From an uncultured Gemmatimonadales bacterium (GTDB lineage Bacteria; Gemmatimonadota; Gemmatimonadetes; Longimicrobiales; RSA9): a DNA stretch of 64,000 nucleotides. The DNA is taken from positions 288,001-352,000 of the forward strand of contig CAWFKH010000003.1 in the NCBI GenBank assembly GCA_963816355.1, in the 5' to 3' direction. Below, piece by piece: positions 10,411-19,869 of the stretch. The position numbers and the translations under genes are program-made. Every line of letters begins with the position of its first letter. Position 1 is the first letter of the stretch. A model generated the notes under the pieces. The model saw nothing but the letters and a program-made list of their open reading frames with translations. It was not told the DNA's origin and made no database searches.

Positions 10411-10776
10411 CGGTGCCTCCGTGATCCTGTCGCGTCCCCTCTCGAATGGTTTCGCATTCGCGCCATCCGGGCAAGGCCCGGGTCGGCCGCCGTCGCCACC
10501 CGTCCGCCCCCTCGAGGGCGGATTTCTCCACGGGCCGGTCCCCGCGATCGGATCGCGGCCCGGAGCGCACCATTCGTCCCCGCCGGGCGCGGCCGCACCT
10601 CCTCCGCGGCGGGGCCGCCGCTTCGCCGGCGGCGCACGGCGGCCCCCGCCGGGAGCGCCGCCGCGCCCCGCGTGCGCCGGGGTCGGAGCGGGCATCGCCG
10701 CCGCCTTGCTGAAACCGCGCCCCGCGCGCTACCGTACGGGGTGGGACCACCCTCAAAGGATCCGGAGCGAGCGACG

Positions 10777-11187
10777 ATGATCACGCGAGAGGACCTCGAG
10801 AACTGGCTCATTCGGCTGGGCGCCGAAGTCGAGGACGTGGAGGAAGACCTCTGGCTCGTCCGTTCTCCCGAGCAGAGCAGCGTCCCCGTCGTCCTCAACT
10901 ACTCGCCGCCGCTTCTGCTGTTGCGCCTCAAGGTGATGGATCTGCCGGCGGACCTGGACGATGCCAGGCTTGCGCCCTTCTATCGCCACCTGCTCACGCT
11001 CAACGCGGGCGACATCGTGCACGGCAGCTACGGCATCGAGGGGAACGGGGTCGTCCTCTCGGACGCGCTCGAACTCGAAACCCTCGATTTCCACGAGCTG
11101 CGCAGCTCCTACGAGAGCCTGCTGCTGGCGGCATCGAGCCACATGTCGGGACTGGTCGAGCTCGTCCCGGTCGCACAGGAGACGTGA
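10777..11187 (+). CDS. CesT/YbjN-like (type III chaperone fold) protein
   Basis: Acidic 136 aa; LLTLNAGDIVHGSYGIEGNGVVLSDALELETLD; directly upstream of pspA. Confidence 0.7.
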   Translation: MITREDLENWLIRLGAEVEDVEEDLWLVRSPEQSSVPVVLNYSPPLLLLRLKVMDLPADLDDARLAPFYRHLLTLNAGDIVHGSYGIEGNGVVLSDALELETLDFHELRSSYESLLLAASSHMSGLVELVPVAQET

Positions 11188-11191
11188 CGTC

Positions 11192-12046
11192 ATGGGCATC
11201 CTGCAACGGCTGTCGCTGCTTCTTCGCTCGAATCTGAACGACGCGATCTCGCGCGGCGAGAACCCGGAGAAGGTTCTCAACCAGGTCCTGATCGACATGC
11301 GCGAGCAGCTCGCGCGCGCGAAGCAGGAAGTCGCCGTGGCGATCGCCGACGAGCGCAAGCTGAAGGCGCAGGTCGAGACGGAGCGCAAGCAGGCGGACGA
11401 ATGGGAGAACCGCGCCGTGCTCGCGGTGCGCGAGAATCGGGACGACCTGGCGAAGCAGGCGTTGCTCCGGCACCAGGAGCACGCCGAGCGCGCGGTCAGC
11501 CTCGAGGAGACGTGGGGCCGGCAGTCGGGCGAGACCGAGAAGCTGAAGGACGGGCTCCGCCAGCTCAACGACAAGATCGAGGAGGCGAAGCGGAAGAAGA
11601 ACCTTCTGATCGCCAAGCAGAAGCGGGCCTCCGCGCAGAAGCGGATCCACGAAACGATGGCCGGCCTCAACGACCGCTCCGCGTTCGACGCCTTCGAGCG
11701 CATGGCGGAGCGGATCGAGGAGTCGGAGCGGCGCGCCCTGGCCGCGGCCGAGGTGAGCGAGAGCCTCACCGGCGACAAGCTCGAGGAGGAGTTCGCCAGG
11801 CTGAAGGGAAGCCCGGACAGCGTCGAGCTGCGGCTCCAGGCGCTGAAGGAGAGCCTCGGCATCGGCCCCTCCCGCCCGACCGGCGCGCTGCCGAGCGGCC
11901 GCGGCGCCAGCTCGGAGGAAGAGGCCGTCCGCTCCGCCGCATCCAGGGCGGGAGCCGCCGCCGGCGAGCTCGCTTCCGGTGACGGCGCGCGCGTCGAGGA
12001 CGAGGACGGGGAGGTCCAGGAGGCGGAAGTGGAGGAGGAGCACTGA
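11192..12046 (+). CDS. pspA: PspA/IM30 family protein with acidic C-terminal tail
   Basis: MGILQRLSLLLRSNLND..ENPEKVLNQVLIDM..DDLAKQAL..AFERMAERIEE; coiled coil. Confidence 0.9.
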   Translation: MGILQRLSLLLRSNLNDAISRGENPEKVLNQVLIDMREQLARAKQEVAVAIADERKLKAQVETERKQADEWENRAVLAVRENRDDLAKQALLRHQEHAERAVSLEETWGRQSGETEKLKDGLRQLNDKIEEAKRKKNLLIAKQKRASAQKRIHETMAGLNDRSAFDAFERMAERIEESERRALAAAEVSESLTGDKLEEEFARLKGSPDSVELRLQALKESLGIGPSRPTGALPSGRGASSEEEAVRSAASRAGAAAGELASGDGARVEDEDGEVQEAEVEEEH

Positions 12047-13209
12047 CCGACTCCAGGGCACGCCGGACTTCCGGCGTCGTCGCGGCGACGGTCATCGCGC
12101 TGCTGCTTCTCTACTTCCTCTACAGCATCGCGGAGATCCTGCTCCTCGCCTTCATCGGCATCCTCTTCGCGATCTTCCTGGGCGCCGTCACGGACTCGTT
12201 GCAGCGGCGCTTCGCCGTGCCGCGCGGCCTCGGCCTCACCATCGCGCTGCTGGTCACGCTCCTCGCCGCGGTCGGCGTCGGCTTCCTCATCGTGCCGCCG
12301 GTCGCGCAGCAGACGCAGGAGCTGCTGCAGGCGCTCCCGGCCCAGCTCGCGACGTGGGAGCAGCAGCTCCTGACGCTCGCGGATCGCTCGCCGGTCGCGC
12401 GCGAGATGCTCGCCCCGCTCAAGACGGGCGAGAGCTACGTCGGCTCGATCATGGGCGAGATCGCCAGCTACTTCCGCGGCTGGATCCCCTACATCTTCAA
12501 CGGCTTCGGCTTCATCATCCACGCTTTCAGCGTGTTCGTCATGGGGATCTACCTCGCGGCGCGGCCCGGCATCTACCGCGAGGGGTTCATCGCGATGGCA
12601 CCGCCGGTCCACCGCGAGCTGGTGCGCGACATCCTGGACGACCTCGGCCACACGCTGCGCTCGTGGATCGTCGGCCAGATCCTCGCCATGGTCATCCTCG
12701 GCGCCTTCACATTCATCGGCCTCATCGTGCTCCGCGTCCCGTACGCGCTCGCCTTCGGCGTCTTCACCGGCATCGCCGCGATCGTGCCGTTCTTCGGCAC
12801 GCTCGTCTCGACGTTGCTGCCGGCGATCTTCGTGCTCGGCCAGGGCGGCCTCGGCAAGGCGCTGCTGGTGATCCTGCTCGGCGTCGTCGTGCACCTCTTC
12901 GAGGGAAACTTCGTCGCACCGATGATCATGGAGCGACAGGTCCATCTGCCGCCGGTCCTGACCCTGCTCAGCGTGCTGGTCATGGCGCACCTGCTCGACG
13001 TCATCGGGCTCCTCGTCGCGGTCCCGGTGCTCGCCGTCGTCATGGTCGTCGGGCGCCGGCTCTACATCGACCGGGTCCTCGAGGGCCGCGGCTTCCGGCG
13101 CGCGGTCCGCGACCAGCCGATCGAGCTGCACCTCGGGTCCCACGAGGAAGGGGTCCTCGTCCACCCGTCCGGCCTCGAACAGAGCATCCCGGCGCTGCTC
13201 GAACAGTAG
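12043..13209 (+). CDS. AI-2E family transporter (probable CTG start)
   Basis: Multi-TM; VPFFG, EGNFVAPMIM, GLLVAVP; frame open upstream of TTG 12199 through two TM helices to a CTG overlapping the pspA stop, after ggaggag. Confidence 0.85.
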   Translation: MTDSRARRTSGVVAATVIALLLLYFLYSIAEILLLAFIGILFAIFLGAVTDSLQRRFAVPRGLGLTIALLVTLLAAVGVGFLIVPPVAQQTQELLQALPAQLATWEQQLLTLADRSPVAREMLAPLKTGESYVGSIMGEIASYFRGWIPYIFNGFGFIIHAFSVFVMGIYLAARPGIYREGFIAMAPPVHRELVRDILDDLGHTLRSWIVGQILAMVILGAFTFIGLIVLRVPYALAFGVFTGIAAIVPFFGTLVSTLLPAIFVLGQGGLGKALLVILLGVVVHLFEGNFVAPMIMERQVHLPPVLTLLSVLVMAHLLDVIGLLVAVPVLAVVMVVGRRLYIDRVLEGRGFRRAVRDQPIELHLGSHEEGVLVHPSGLEQSIPALLEQ

Positions 13210-13245
13210 CACGCTGGCGCTGTGGACGCGCGCGTCGGCCGGGTC

Positions 13246-16200
13246 CTAGCGCCGCCCCTCCTCGCGCTCCAGCTCGCCCAGCACGCGCTCGACCCCCTCC
13301 TCCAGCTCGCTCGCCCGCTTCACCATCCACGGCGTCGGTGGATACAGGCTGCCCGCCTGCACCGCCGCGCCGTTCACTCCCGTGTAGAGCGAGACGATCT
13401 CGCCGCTCAGCCCGCGGAAGCGGGAGCCGACGCCGAGCCGGTCCTCGAGCACCGTCACGGAGTCCAGCCGCGTCGTGATGGCGGCGGGCGGCGCGCCTCC
13501 CGTGGCGAGGGAGTCGCGCAGCGCGGTAAGCTTCGCGCGCAGCGCCGCCGTGCGCACGCTCGCGTCCACCACCCGCTTCATCAGGTCGAGCAGACCCACG
13601 CTCCAGCGCTCGCGGGCGGCGTAGTCCTCCTGGGTGAGCATCGGCATCAGCGGATCGGGACGCACTACCACGCTCTGCGTGGAGCGGACGCCGCTCGCTT
13701 CCAGCGTGACCTGATAGCGGCCGGGCGAGACGAACGGCCCGCGCAGCCCGAGCGGGTGCGCGGGAGCGGGCAGCGCCTGCGAGCGCGGCTCGGGCGGCTG
13801 CTCGATCGGCACGCCGCGACGCAGGTCCCACGCGACGCGGTGGATCACGCCCGCGTCCCCCGCCACCTTCATCGTGCGGACGACGTCGCCCCGCGCGTCG
13901 CGCACCGTGATCCGCGCGCCCGGCGCCGCCTCGCCCAGGTAGTACGTGAGCAGCGCGCCGAACGCGGGGTTCTCGCCCGCGTACGCCGCCTGGCCCTGGT
14001 AGGACGTGTTCTTCCAGTAGTTGAAGATCGTCGCCGGCCGGATCGAGAAGAGGTGCGCCCTCTCCGTCGCGACGTCCGGCGACCACTCGGCGAGCGGCGA
14101 TGCGTCGTCCAGGATGAAGACCGATCGGCCGTGCGTCGCCACGACGAGGTCGCCGCTGCGCGGCTCGATCAGCAGGTCCTCGTAGATCGTCGGCGGCAGG
14201 TTCGCGCCGAAGCGCCGCCAGTGCGCAGCCGTGTCGGCGGACACGTAGAGCGCGCGCTCCGTGCCCGCGAAGAGCAGCCCCGGCGCGTCGGGGTCCTCGA
14301 CCACGTCGTTGACGGTGCCGTCCTCCGCCAGTCCACGCACGCGCGGCGTCCACGTGCGGCCGAAATCGGTGGTGCGGAAGAGGTACGGGTGGAAGTCGCC
14401 GTGCCTGTGCCCGTCGACCGCGACCCACGCCGCGCCGGGCGCCGTCGCCGAGGCCGTGATGCGGGCGATGTAGGTGGAGACGCCGCCGGCGATCGCCGCG
14501 CGCGGCAGGTTGCGCGAGACCTCGCTCCACGTCGCGCCGCCGTCGCGCGACACCTGGACGTTGCCGTCGTCCGTGCCCACCCACAGCACGCCGCGTCGCA
14601 CCGGCGACTGCGCGATCGTCGTGATCTCGCCGTAGCTCTCCGTGCCGTCGTTCTTCGACAGCATCGGGGCGGAGCCGCGCACGCCCATGAGGGAGAGCGT
14701 GTCGCGGTCGATCCGCTGGGTCAGGTCCGGCGTCCGCGACCACGTCAGGCCGCGGTCGTGCGAGGTGAAGAGGCGGTTGCCGCCCACGTAGACCGTCTTC
14801 GGATCGAAGCGGTCGACCAGGCTGGGCGAGTCCCAGTCCCACCGATAGCCGGGCTCCCCCGCGGGCGCGCGCGGCGCGATGTCGAGGATGTCGCCGGTCG
14901 TCGCGTCGACCCGCGTGTAGCCGCCGTCCTGCGAGTTGCTGTAGACGTAGCGCGGCGACGTCGGGTCCGGCGACTGGTACATGCCGTCGCCGAAGCCGAT
15001 CTCCTTCCAGTCCTCGTTGAGGATGCCGGACCAGCGCCGCGTCGCGCTCGGCCCCATCCAGGAGTGGTTGTCCTGCAGGCCGACGTACACGTTGTACGGA
15101 TCCTCGCCGTCCGTGCCGACGCTGTAGATCTGGCCGATCGCGAAGTTGTTGATCTTGCGCCAGGTGCGGCCGCGGTCCCTGCTCTCGTACAGCCCGCCGT
15201 CGCCGCCCAGATACAGGTGGTCCGCGGCCGCCGGATCGATCCACAGCGCGTGGTGGTCCGAGTGCACCCCGACGTCGTACGTCGGCGCCGTCGGCAGCGT
15301 GCGGAACGTGCGGCCGCCGTCGTCGCTGACGTACGCGTCCGTCGACAGCAGATAGACACGGTGCGCGTCCGTGGGGTCGATCCAGATGCCGCCGTAGTAC
15401 GACGGTCGTGGATTCGTCCGGCTCACCCGCGTCCAGCTCGCGCCGCCGTCCTCGCTGCGGTAGACGCCGCCCTCGCTCGCGTGCTCGACGCGCGCGACGA
15501 CCACGCCCGGCCGCTGCGCCGAGATCGCGAGGCCGATGCGGCCCAGCGGCCCGGCGGGCAGGCCGTTCGTCAGCCGCGTCCAGTGCTCGCCGCCGTCCGT
15601 CGTCTTCCAGATGCCGCCGCCCGGCCCGCCGCCGTTGAATCCCCACGCCCGCCGCAGCCGCTGGTACGTGGCGGCGTACACCGTGCGCCCGTCCGTCGGG
15701 TCGACCACCACGTCCGTGGCGCCGGTGAGCGTGTCGACGTAGAGCACCTTCCGCCACGTACGCCCGCCGTCCGTCGTGCGATACACGCCGCGCTCCGGCG
15801 AGGGAGCCCACAGGTCGCCCTGCGCCGCGACGTAGGCGACGTCCGGATCCGCCGGATCGACGCCGATCCGCCCGATGTGATGCGTCGCCTCCAGACCCAG
15901 GAAGCGCCACGTATCGCCGCCATCCGTGGAGCGGTAGACGCCCGCGCCCCACGACGTGCTCTGCCGGTTGTTCTGCTCCCCCGTCCCCGCCCACACGACG
16001 CGCGGGTCCGACGGCGCGAGCGCGACGTCGCCGAACACGCCGACCGCGGCGCGGTCGAGGACCGGCGCCCACGTCGTGCCGCCGTTCGTCGTGCGCCACA
16101 GCCCGCCCGTCGCCGCCGCCACGTAGACGGTCGCCGGGTGAGCCGGCACCGCCTCGATGTCGTCGATGCGCCCGCCCGTCACCGCCGGCCCGATCGAGCG

Positions 16201-16437
16201 GAAGCGCAGCTCACCGAAGAGCGGCGGCACCTCGCCGGCGTCCGCCGCCGCGGGCCCGATGCGCCCGCCTCCACCCGCCCCCGCCTCGCCCCCGCCCTGC
16301 GCCGCGGCCGCACCGCCGCCGCCCACGAAGAGCGCTCCGGCGCACGCGAGGACGCGCACCGCGCCCCGCCCCCGCGGCCGGACCGGAGCCGGCGCGCGGA
16401 GGCGCCTCGAGCCGTACGACGGCAGCCAGCGTAGCAT
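13246..16437 (-). CDS. Large exported BNR/Asp-box (VPS10/sortilin-like) beta-propeller protein
   Basis: FRSIGP..GGRIDDI; many (S/T)xDGGxTW Asp-boxes; SD ggggag before ATG 16437. Confidence 0.85.
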   Translation of the reverse strand: MLRWLPSYGSRRLRAPAPVRPRGRGAVRVLACAGALFVGGGGAAAAQGGGEAGAGGGGRIGPAAADAGEVPPLFGELRFRSIGPAVTGGRIDDIEAVPAHPATVYVAAATGGLWRTTNGGTTWAPVLDRAAVGVFGDVALAPSDPRVVWAGTGEQNNRQSTSWGAGVYRSTDGGDTWRFLGLEATHHIGRIGVDPADPDVAYVAAQGDLWAPSPERGVYRTTDGGRTWRKVLYVDTLTGATDVVVDPTDGRTVYAATYQRLRRAWGFNGGGPGGGIWKTTDGGEHWTRLTNGLPAGPLGRIGLAISAQRPGVVVARVEHASEGGVYRSEDGGASWTRVSRTNPRPSYYGGIWIDPTDAHRVYLLSTDAYVSDDGGRTFRTLPTAPTYDVGVHSDHHALWIDPAAADHLYLGGDGGLYESRDRGRTWRKINNFAIGQIYSVGTDGEDPYNVYVGLQDNHSWMGPSATRRWSGILNEDWKEIGFGDGMYQSPDPTSPRYVYSNSQDGGYTRVDATTGDILDIAPRAPAGEPGYRWDWDSPSLVDRFDPKTVYVGGNRLFTSHDRGLTWSRTPDLTQRIDRDTLSLMGVRGSAPMLSKNDGTESYGEITTIAQSPVRRGVLWVGTDDGNVQVSRDGGATWSEVSRNLPRAAIAGGVSTYIARITASATAPGAAWVAVDGHRHGDFHPYLFRTTDFGRTWTPRVRGLAEDGTVNDVVEDPDAPGLLFAGTERALYVSADTAAHWRRFGANLPPTIYEDLLIEPRSGDLVVATHGRSVFILDDASPLAEWSPDVATERAHLFSIRPATIFNYWKNTSYQGQAAYAGENPAFGALLTYYLGEAAPGARITVRDARGDVVRTMKVAGDAGVIHRVAWDLRRGVPIEQPPEPRSQALPAPAHPLGLRGPFVSPGRYQVTLEASGVRSTQSVVVRPDPLMPMLTQEDYAARERWSVGLLDLMKRVVDASVRTAALRAKLTALRDSLATGGAPPAAITTRLDSVTVLEDRLGVGSRFRGLSGEIVSLYTGVNGAAVQAGSLYPPTPWMVKRASELEEGVERVLGELEREEGRR

Positions 16438-16477
16438 CGCATTCTCCCCTATCGGTCGTCCCACCCTGTGCACGGCC

Positions 16478-17851
16478 TCAACCACCTCCGCCCTCGTCCT
16501 CCCCATAGAGCAGATACTCCCGCGCCCCGTTCCAGAATTCCTCCCGAGCCGCCCGCCACCCCGCCGTGATCTCGCCCACGTCCGCTCCCGCCATCACGCG
16601 TTCCCGCAGCCGCGCCGTCCCCGCGAGGCGGTCGAAGGCGACCGCCGAGATCCGGAAGCGACGCGGGTAGAGCCGGTGCAGCTCGACCAGCGCGGCAACC
16701 GCCGCGACCGTCGGGTCGTAGGCGTCGCGCGACGTCGCGCGGAAGCGCACGCCGTGGACGGTCGTGTCCGCGTACTTCCCGTCGCCCGGCCGCGCCGGCG
16801 TGAACGTGGCCGGCTCGAAGCGCACGCCCGGCAGCGCGCGCGCGTTCAGGCGGCGGGCGAGCTCGGCGCCGTCGATCCACGGCGCGCCGATCTGCTGGAA
16901 CGCGATCGGCGTCCCGCGCCCCACGGACAGGTTGGTGCCCTCGAAGAGGCAGGTGCCGGGGTAGTGCGTCGCGCTCTCGAGCGACGGCATGTTCGGCGAC
17001 GGCGCCACCCACGCGAGACCGGTCTCGTCGTACCACATCGCGCGCCGCCAGCCCAGCATCGGCACCACCGTCAGCCGCGCCCCGATCCGGTGCTCCGCGT
17101 TCAGCGCGCGCGCCAGCTCCCCCGCCGTCAGGCCGTGCCGCATCGGTACCGCGTACAGCCCGACGAACGACGCGTACGCGGTGTCGAGCACGTTCCCCTG
17201 CACGTGCGTGCCCGTGATCGGGTTCGGCCGGTCGAGCACGACGAAGCGGACGTCGTCCGCCGCCGCCGCGCGGAGCGCCTCCATCATCGTCCAAACGTAC
17301 GTGTAGTAGCGCGCGCCGACGTCCTGGATGTCGAAGACGAGCGCGTCGAGCCCCGCCAGCATCTCCGGCGTCGGCTTCTTCGTCGCGCCGTAGAGCGAGT
17401 GGATCGGCAGCCCCGTCCTCGCGTCCCGCCCGCTCTCCACGTTCGCGCCCGCCTCCGCCGCGCCGCGGATGCCGTGCTCCGGGCTGAAGAGCGCGACGAG
17501 GCGGACCGCCGGCAGCGAGTCGAGCGCGTCGATGCTGCTCCGCCCGTCGCCGGTGCGGCCCGTCTGGTTCGTGATCAGGCCGACGCGCAGACCCGCGAGC
17601 GGGCCGCCGCCTTCCTCCAGGACGACGTCGATCCCCGTCAAAACGCCTCCCGATCGCGCCGCGTCGCGACCGCTCACGCGCTCCGCCGCCGGATCCGCGC
17701 CCGCTCCCGCACGCCCCCCCCGCGCGACTCCGCCCCCGTCGCCGCTGCGCGCGCACGCCGCGAGCGCCAGCGCGAGCGCCCCGGCTCGCGCCGCCGCCCG
17801 CGCCACCGCTGTCGATTGCGCCCTCCCGGAGCCGCGGATAGCTTTCCTCAT
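16478..17851 (-). CDS. namZ: Exo-beta-N-acetylmuramidase NamZ family (DUF1343) lipoprotein
   Basis: GLITNQTG, LFSPEHG, FDIQDVGARYYTY, VLDRPNP, PMRHGLTAGELA, SPNMP, GRGT; lipobox LAAC. Confidence 0.9.
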   Translation of the reverse strand: MRKAIRGSGRAQSTAVARAAARAGALALALAACARSGDGGGVARGGRAGAGADPAAERVSGRDAARSGGVLTGIDVVLEEGGGPLAGLRVGLITNQTGRTGDGRSSIDALDSLPAVRLVALFSPEHGIRGAAEAGANVESGRDARTGLPIHSLYGATKKPTPEMLAGLDALVFDIQDVGARYYTYVWTMMEALRAAAADDVRFVVLDRPNPITGTHVQGNVLDTAYASFVGLYAVPMRHGLTAGELARALNAEHRIGARLTVVPMLGWRRAMWYDETGLAWVAPSPNMPSLESATHYPGTCLFEGTNLSVGRGTPIAFQQIGAPWIDGAELARRLNARALPGVRFEPATFTPARPGDGKYADTTVHGVRFRATSRDAYDPTVAAVAALVELHRLYPRRFRISAVAFDRLAGTARLRERVMAGADVGEITAGWRAAREEFWNGAREYLLYGEDEGGGG

Positions 17852-17919
17852 TCGTACGCCGCCGAGTCGGTCCCGCCATCGAGCGCCGCCGCCCGCGCCG
17901 GCGCTCCCCGGGTGATCCT

Positions 17920-19869
17920 ATGCGTTTTCGACGCCTCGAACAAAGAGCCCCCTGCTGTGCGACGGCCGCGGCGTCGGCCCTCGCCCTGTGCCTCGCCGCC
18001 GCGCTCGCGGCGTGCGGCCACACCGGTGCCGCCCGCACGCGCGCGGCCCTTGGGCCCGCCGGTGGGCCCGCCGGCGCCGCGCCACCCACCGCGCGCCCCG
18101 GCGGGCCCACGGCACCGGCCGCGGCGCCCGCCCCCGCGCCGGCGCCGGGCGCGCCGCCGCGCGCCGCGCCCGCCGCCGACTGGGTGGACTCCACGCTGCG
18201 CGCGCTGCCGCTGCGCCGGAAGGTCGCCCAGCTCGTCTTCGCGTGGACGAGCGGTGCCTACCTCGCGGAGGGGAGCCCCGAGTACGAGACGCTGAAGCAC
18301 TGGGTGGCCGACGACGGCGTCGGCGGCGTGATCGTCTCCATCGGGCCGCCCTACGAACTCGCCGCCCGGCTCAACCAGCTCCAGCGCCTCGCCGCCGTCC
18401 CGCTCCTCGTCGCGTCCGACATGGAGCACGGGCCCGGACAGCGGCTGAACGGCGCCGTCGTCCTTCCCTACGGCCTCGAGGTGGGCGGCGGCACGGACTT
18501 CCCGCCCGCCATGGGGATCGGCGCGACGGGCGACCCGCGCTACGCGTTCGAGATGGGGCGGATCACCGCCATCGAGGCGCGCGCCGTGGGTGTCCAGATG
18601 GATCTGGCTCCGGTCGCGGACGTGAACAACAATCCGGACAACCCGATCATCAACACGCGCAGCTACGGCGGCGATCCGCAGCGGGTCGCGCGCATGGTCG
18701 CCGCGCACGTGCGCGGGCTGCGCGAGGACGGCATGCTCGCCACGGCCAAGCATTTTCCCGGGCACGGCGACGTGGGGATCGACAGCCATCTCGCGCTGCC
18801 GATCATCACCGCCGGCCGCGCGCGCGTCGACTCCGTCGAACTCGTCCCGTTCCGCGCCGCGATCGCCGCCGGCGTGGACGCCGTGATGAGCGCCCACATC
18901 GCCTTCCCCGCGCTCACCGGCGACACCACGCCCGCCACGCTGTCGCCCCGGCTCCTGCAGGGCCTGCTCGGCCGCGACCTCGGCTTCCACGGCCTCGTCG
19001 TCACGGACGCGATCGACATGGGCGCACTCGTGCGACGCTACGGCGGCGACCGCATTCCGGTCCTCGCGCTGCGCGCCGGCGCGGACATCCTGCTGCAGCC
19101 GCCGGACGTCGGCGCCGCCATCGACGCCGTCGTGGGCGCCGTCGAGCGCGGCGAGCTGACGGAGGCGCGCATCGACTCCTCGGTCGCCAAGATCCTGCGT
19201 GCCAAGCAGCGCCTCGGCCTGCCGCGCGGCGCCGTCGTCGATCTCGACCGCATCGCCGCCCGCGTCGGCACGCCGGACCACCAGGCGCTCGCCGCCCGCG
19301 CCGCCGCCGCCTCGATCACCGCCGCCCGCGACGCAGGGCGCCTCCTGCCGGTGACCGCCGCGCGGCATCCGCTCAGCATCGTCTATACGGATGACCCCGA
19401 TCCGTTCGCCGGCCGCGCCTTCCAGCGCGCGATCGCCGCCCGCTTCCCGACCACGACGACCGTCTCCCTCGACGCCGGCGCTTCCGCCGCCCGGCTGGAC
19501 TCGCTGCGCGTCGCGGCGGCCGCTGCCGACGTCGTCTTCGTCAGCGCGTTCGTGCGCGTGATCGCGCGCAAGGGCGACCTCGCGGTCCCGGAAGGGCTCG
19601 CCGCCCTGATCGCGGACATCGCCGCGCGCCGGCCCACGGTCGTGACGGCGTTCGGGAATCCGTACATCATCCGCCAGTTCCCGCGCGTGGGCACCTACGT
19701 CCTCGCCTGGGGCCAGACCGCCGTCGTGCAGGCCGCGGCCGCCCGCGCCATCACGGGCCAGGCGCCGATCACCGGTCGCCTGCCGATCTCCATCCCTCCA
19801 CTGCTGCGGATCGGGGACGGCATCGACGTCCCCGCGGCCGCCGCCGCCGCCACCGGTGGGACCCGATGA
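17920..19869 (+). CDS. nagZ: GH3 beta-N-acetylglucosaminidase lipoprotein
   Basis: APVADVNNNPDNPIINTRSYG, KHFPGHGDVGIDSH, TDAIDM; lipobox LAAC. Confidence 0.88.
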   Translation: MRFRRLEQRAPCCATAAASALALCLAAALAACGHTGAARTRAALGPAGGPAGAAPPTARPGGPTAPAAAPAPAPAPGAPPRAAPAADWVDSTLRALPLRRKVAQLVFAWTSGAYLAEGSPEYETLKHWVADDGVGGVIVSIGPPYELAARLNQLQRLAAVPLLVASDMEHGPGQRLNGAVVLPYGLEVGGGTDFPPAMGIGATGDPRYAFEMGRITAIEARAVGVQMDLAPVADVNNNPDNPIINTRSYGGDPQRVARMVAAHVRGLREDGMLATAKHFPGHGDVGIDSHLALPIITAGRARVDSVELVPFRAAIAAGVDAVMSAHIAFPALTGDTTPATLSPRLLQGLLGRDLGFHGLVVTDAIDMGALVRRYGGDRIPVLALRAGADILLQPPDVGAAIDAVVGAVERGELTEARIDSSVAKILRAKQRLGLPRGAVVDLDRIAARVGTPDHQALAARAAAASITAARDAGRLLPVTAARHPLSIVYTDDPDPFAGRAFQRAIAARFPTTTTVSLDAGASAARLDSLRVAAAAADVVFVSAFVRVIARKGDLAVPEGLAALIADIAARRPTVVTAFGNPYIIRQFPRVGTYVLAWGQTAVVQAAAARAITGQAPITGRLPISIPPLLRIGDGIDVPAAAAAATGGTR

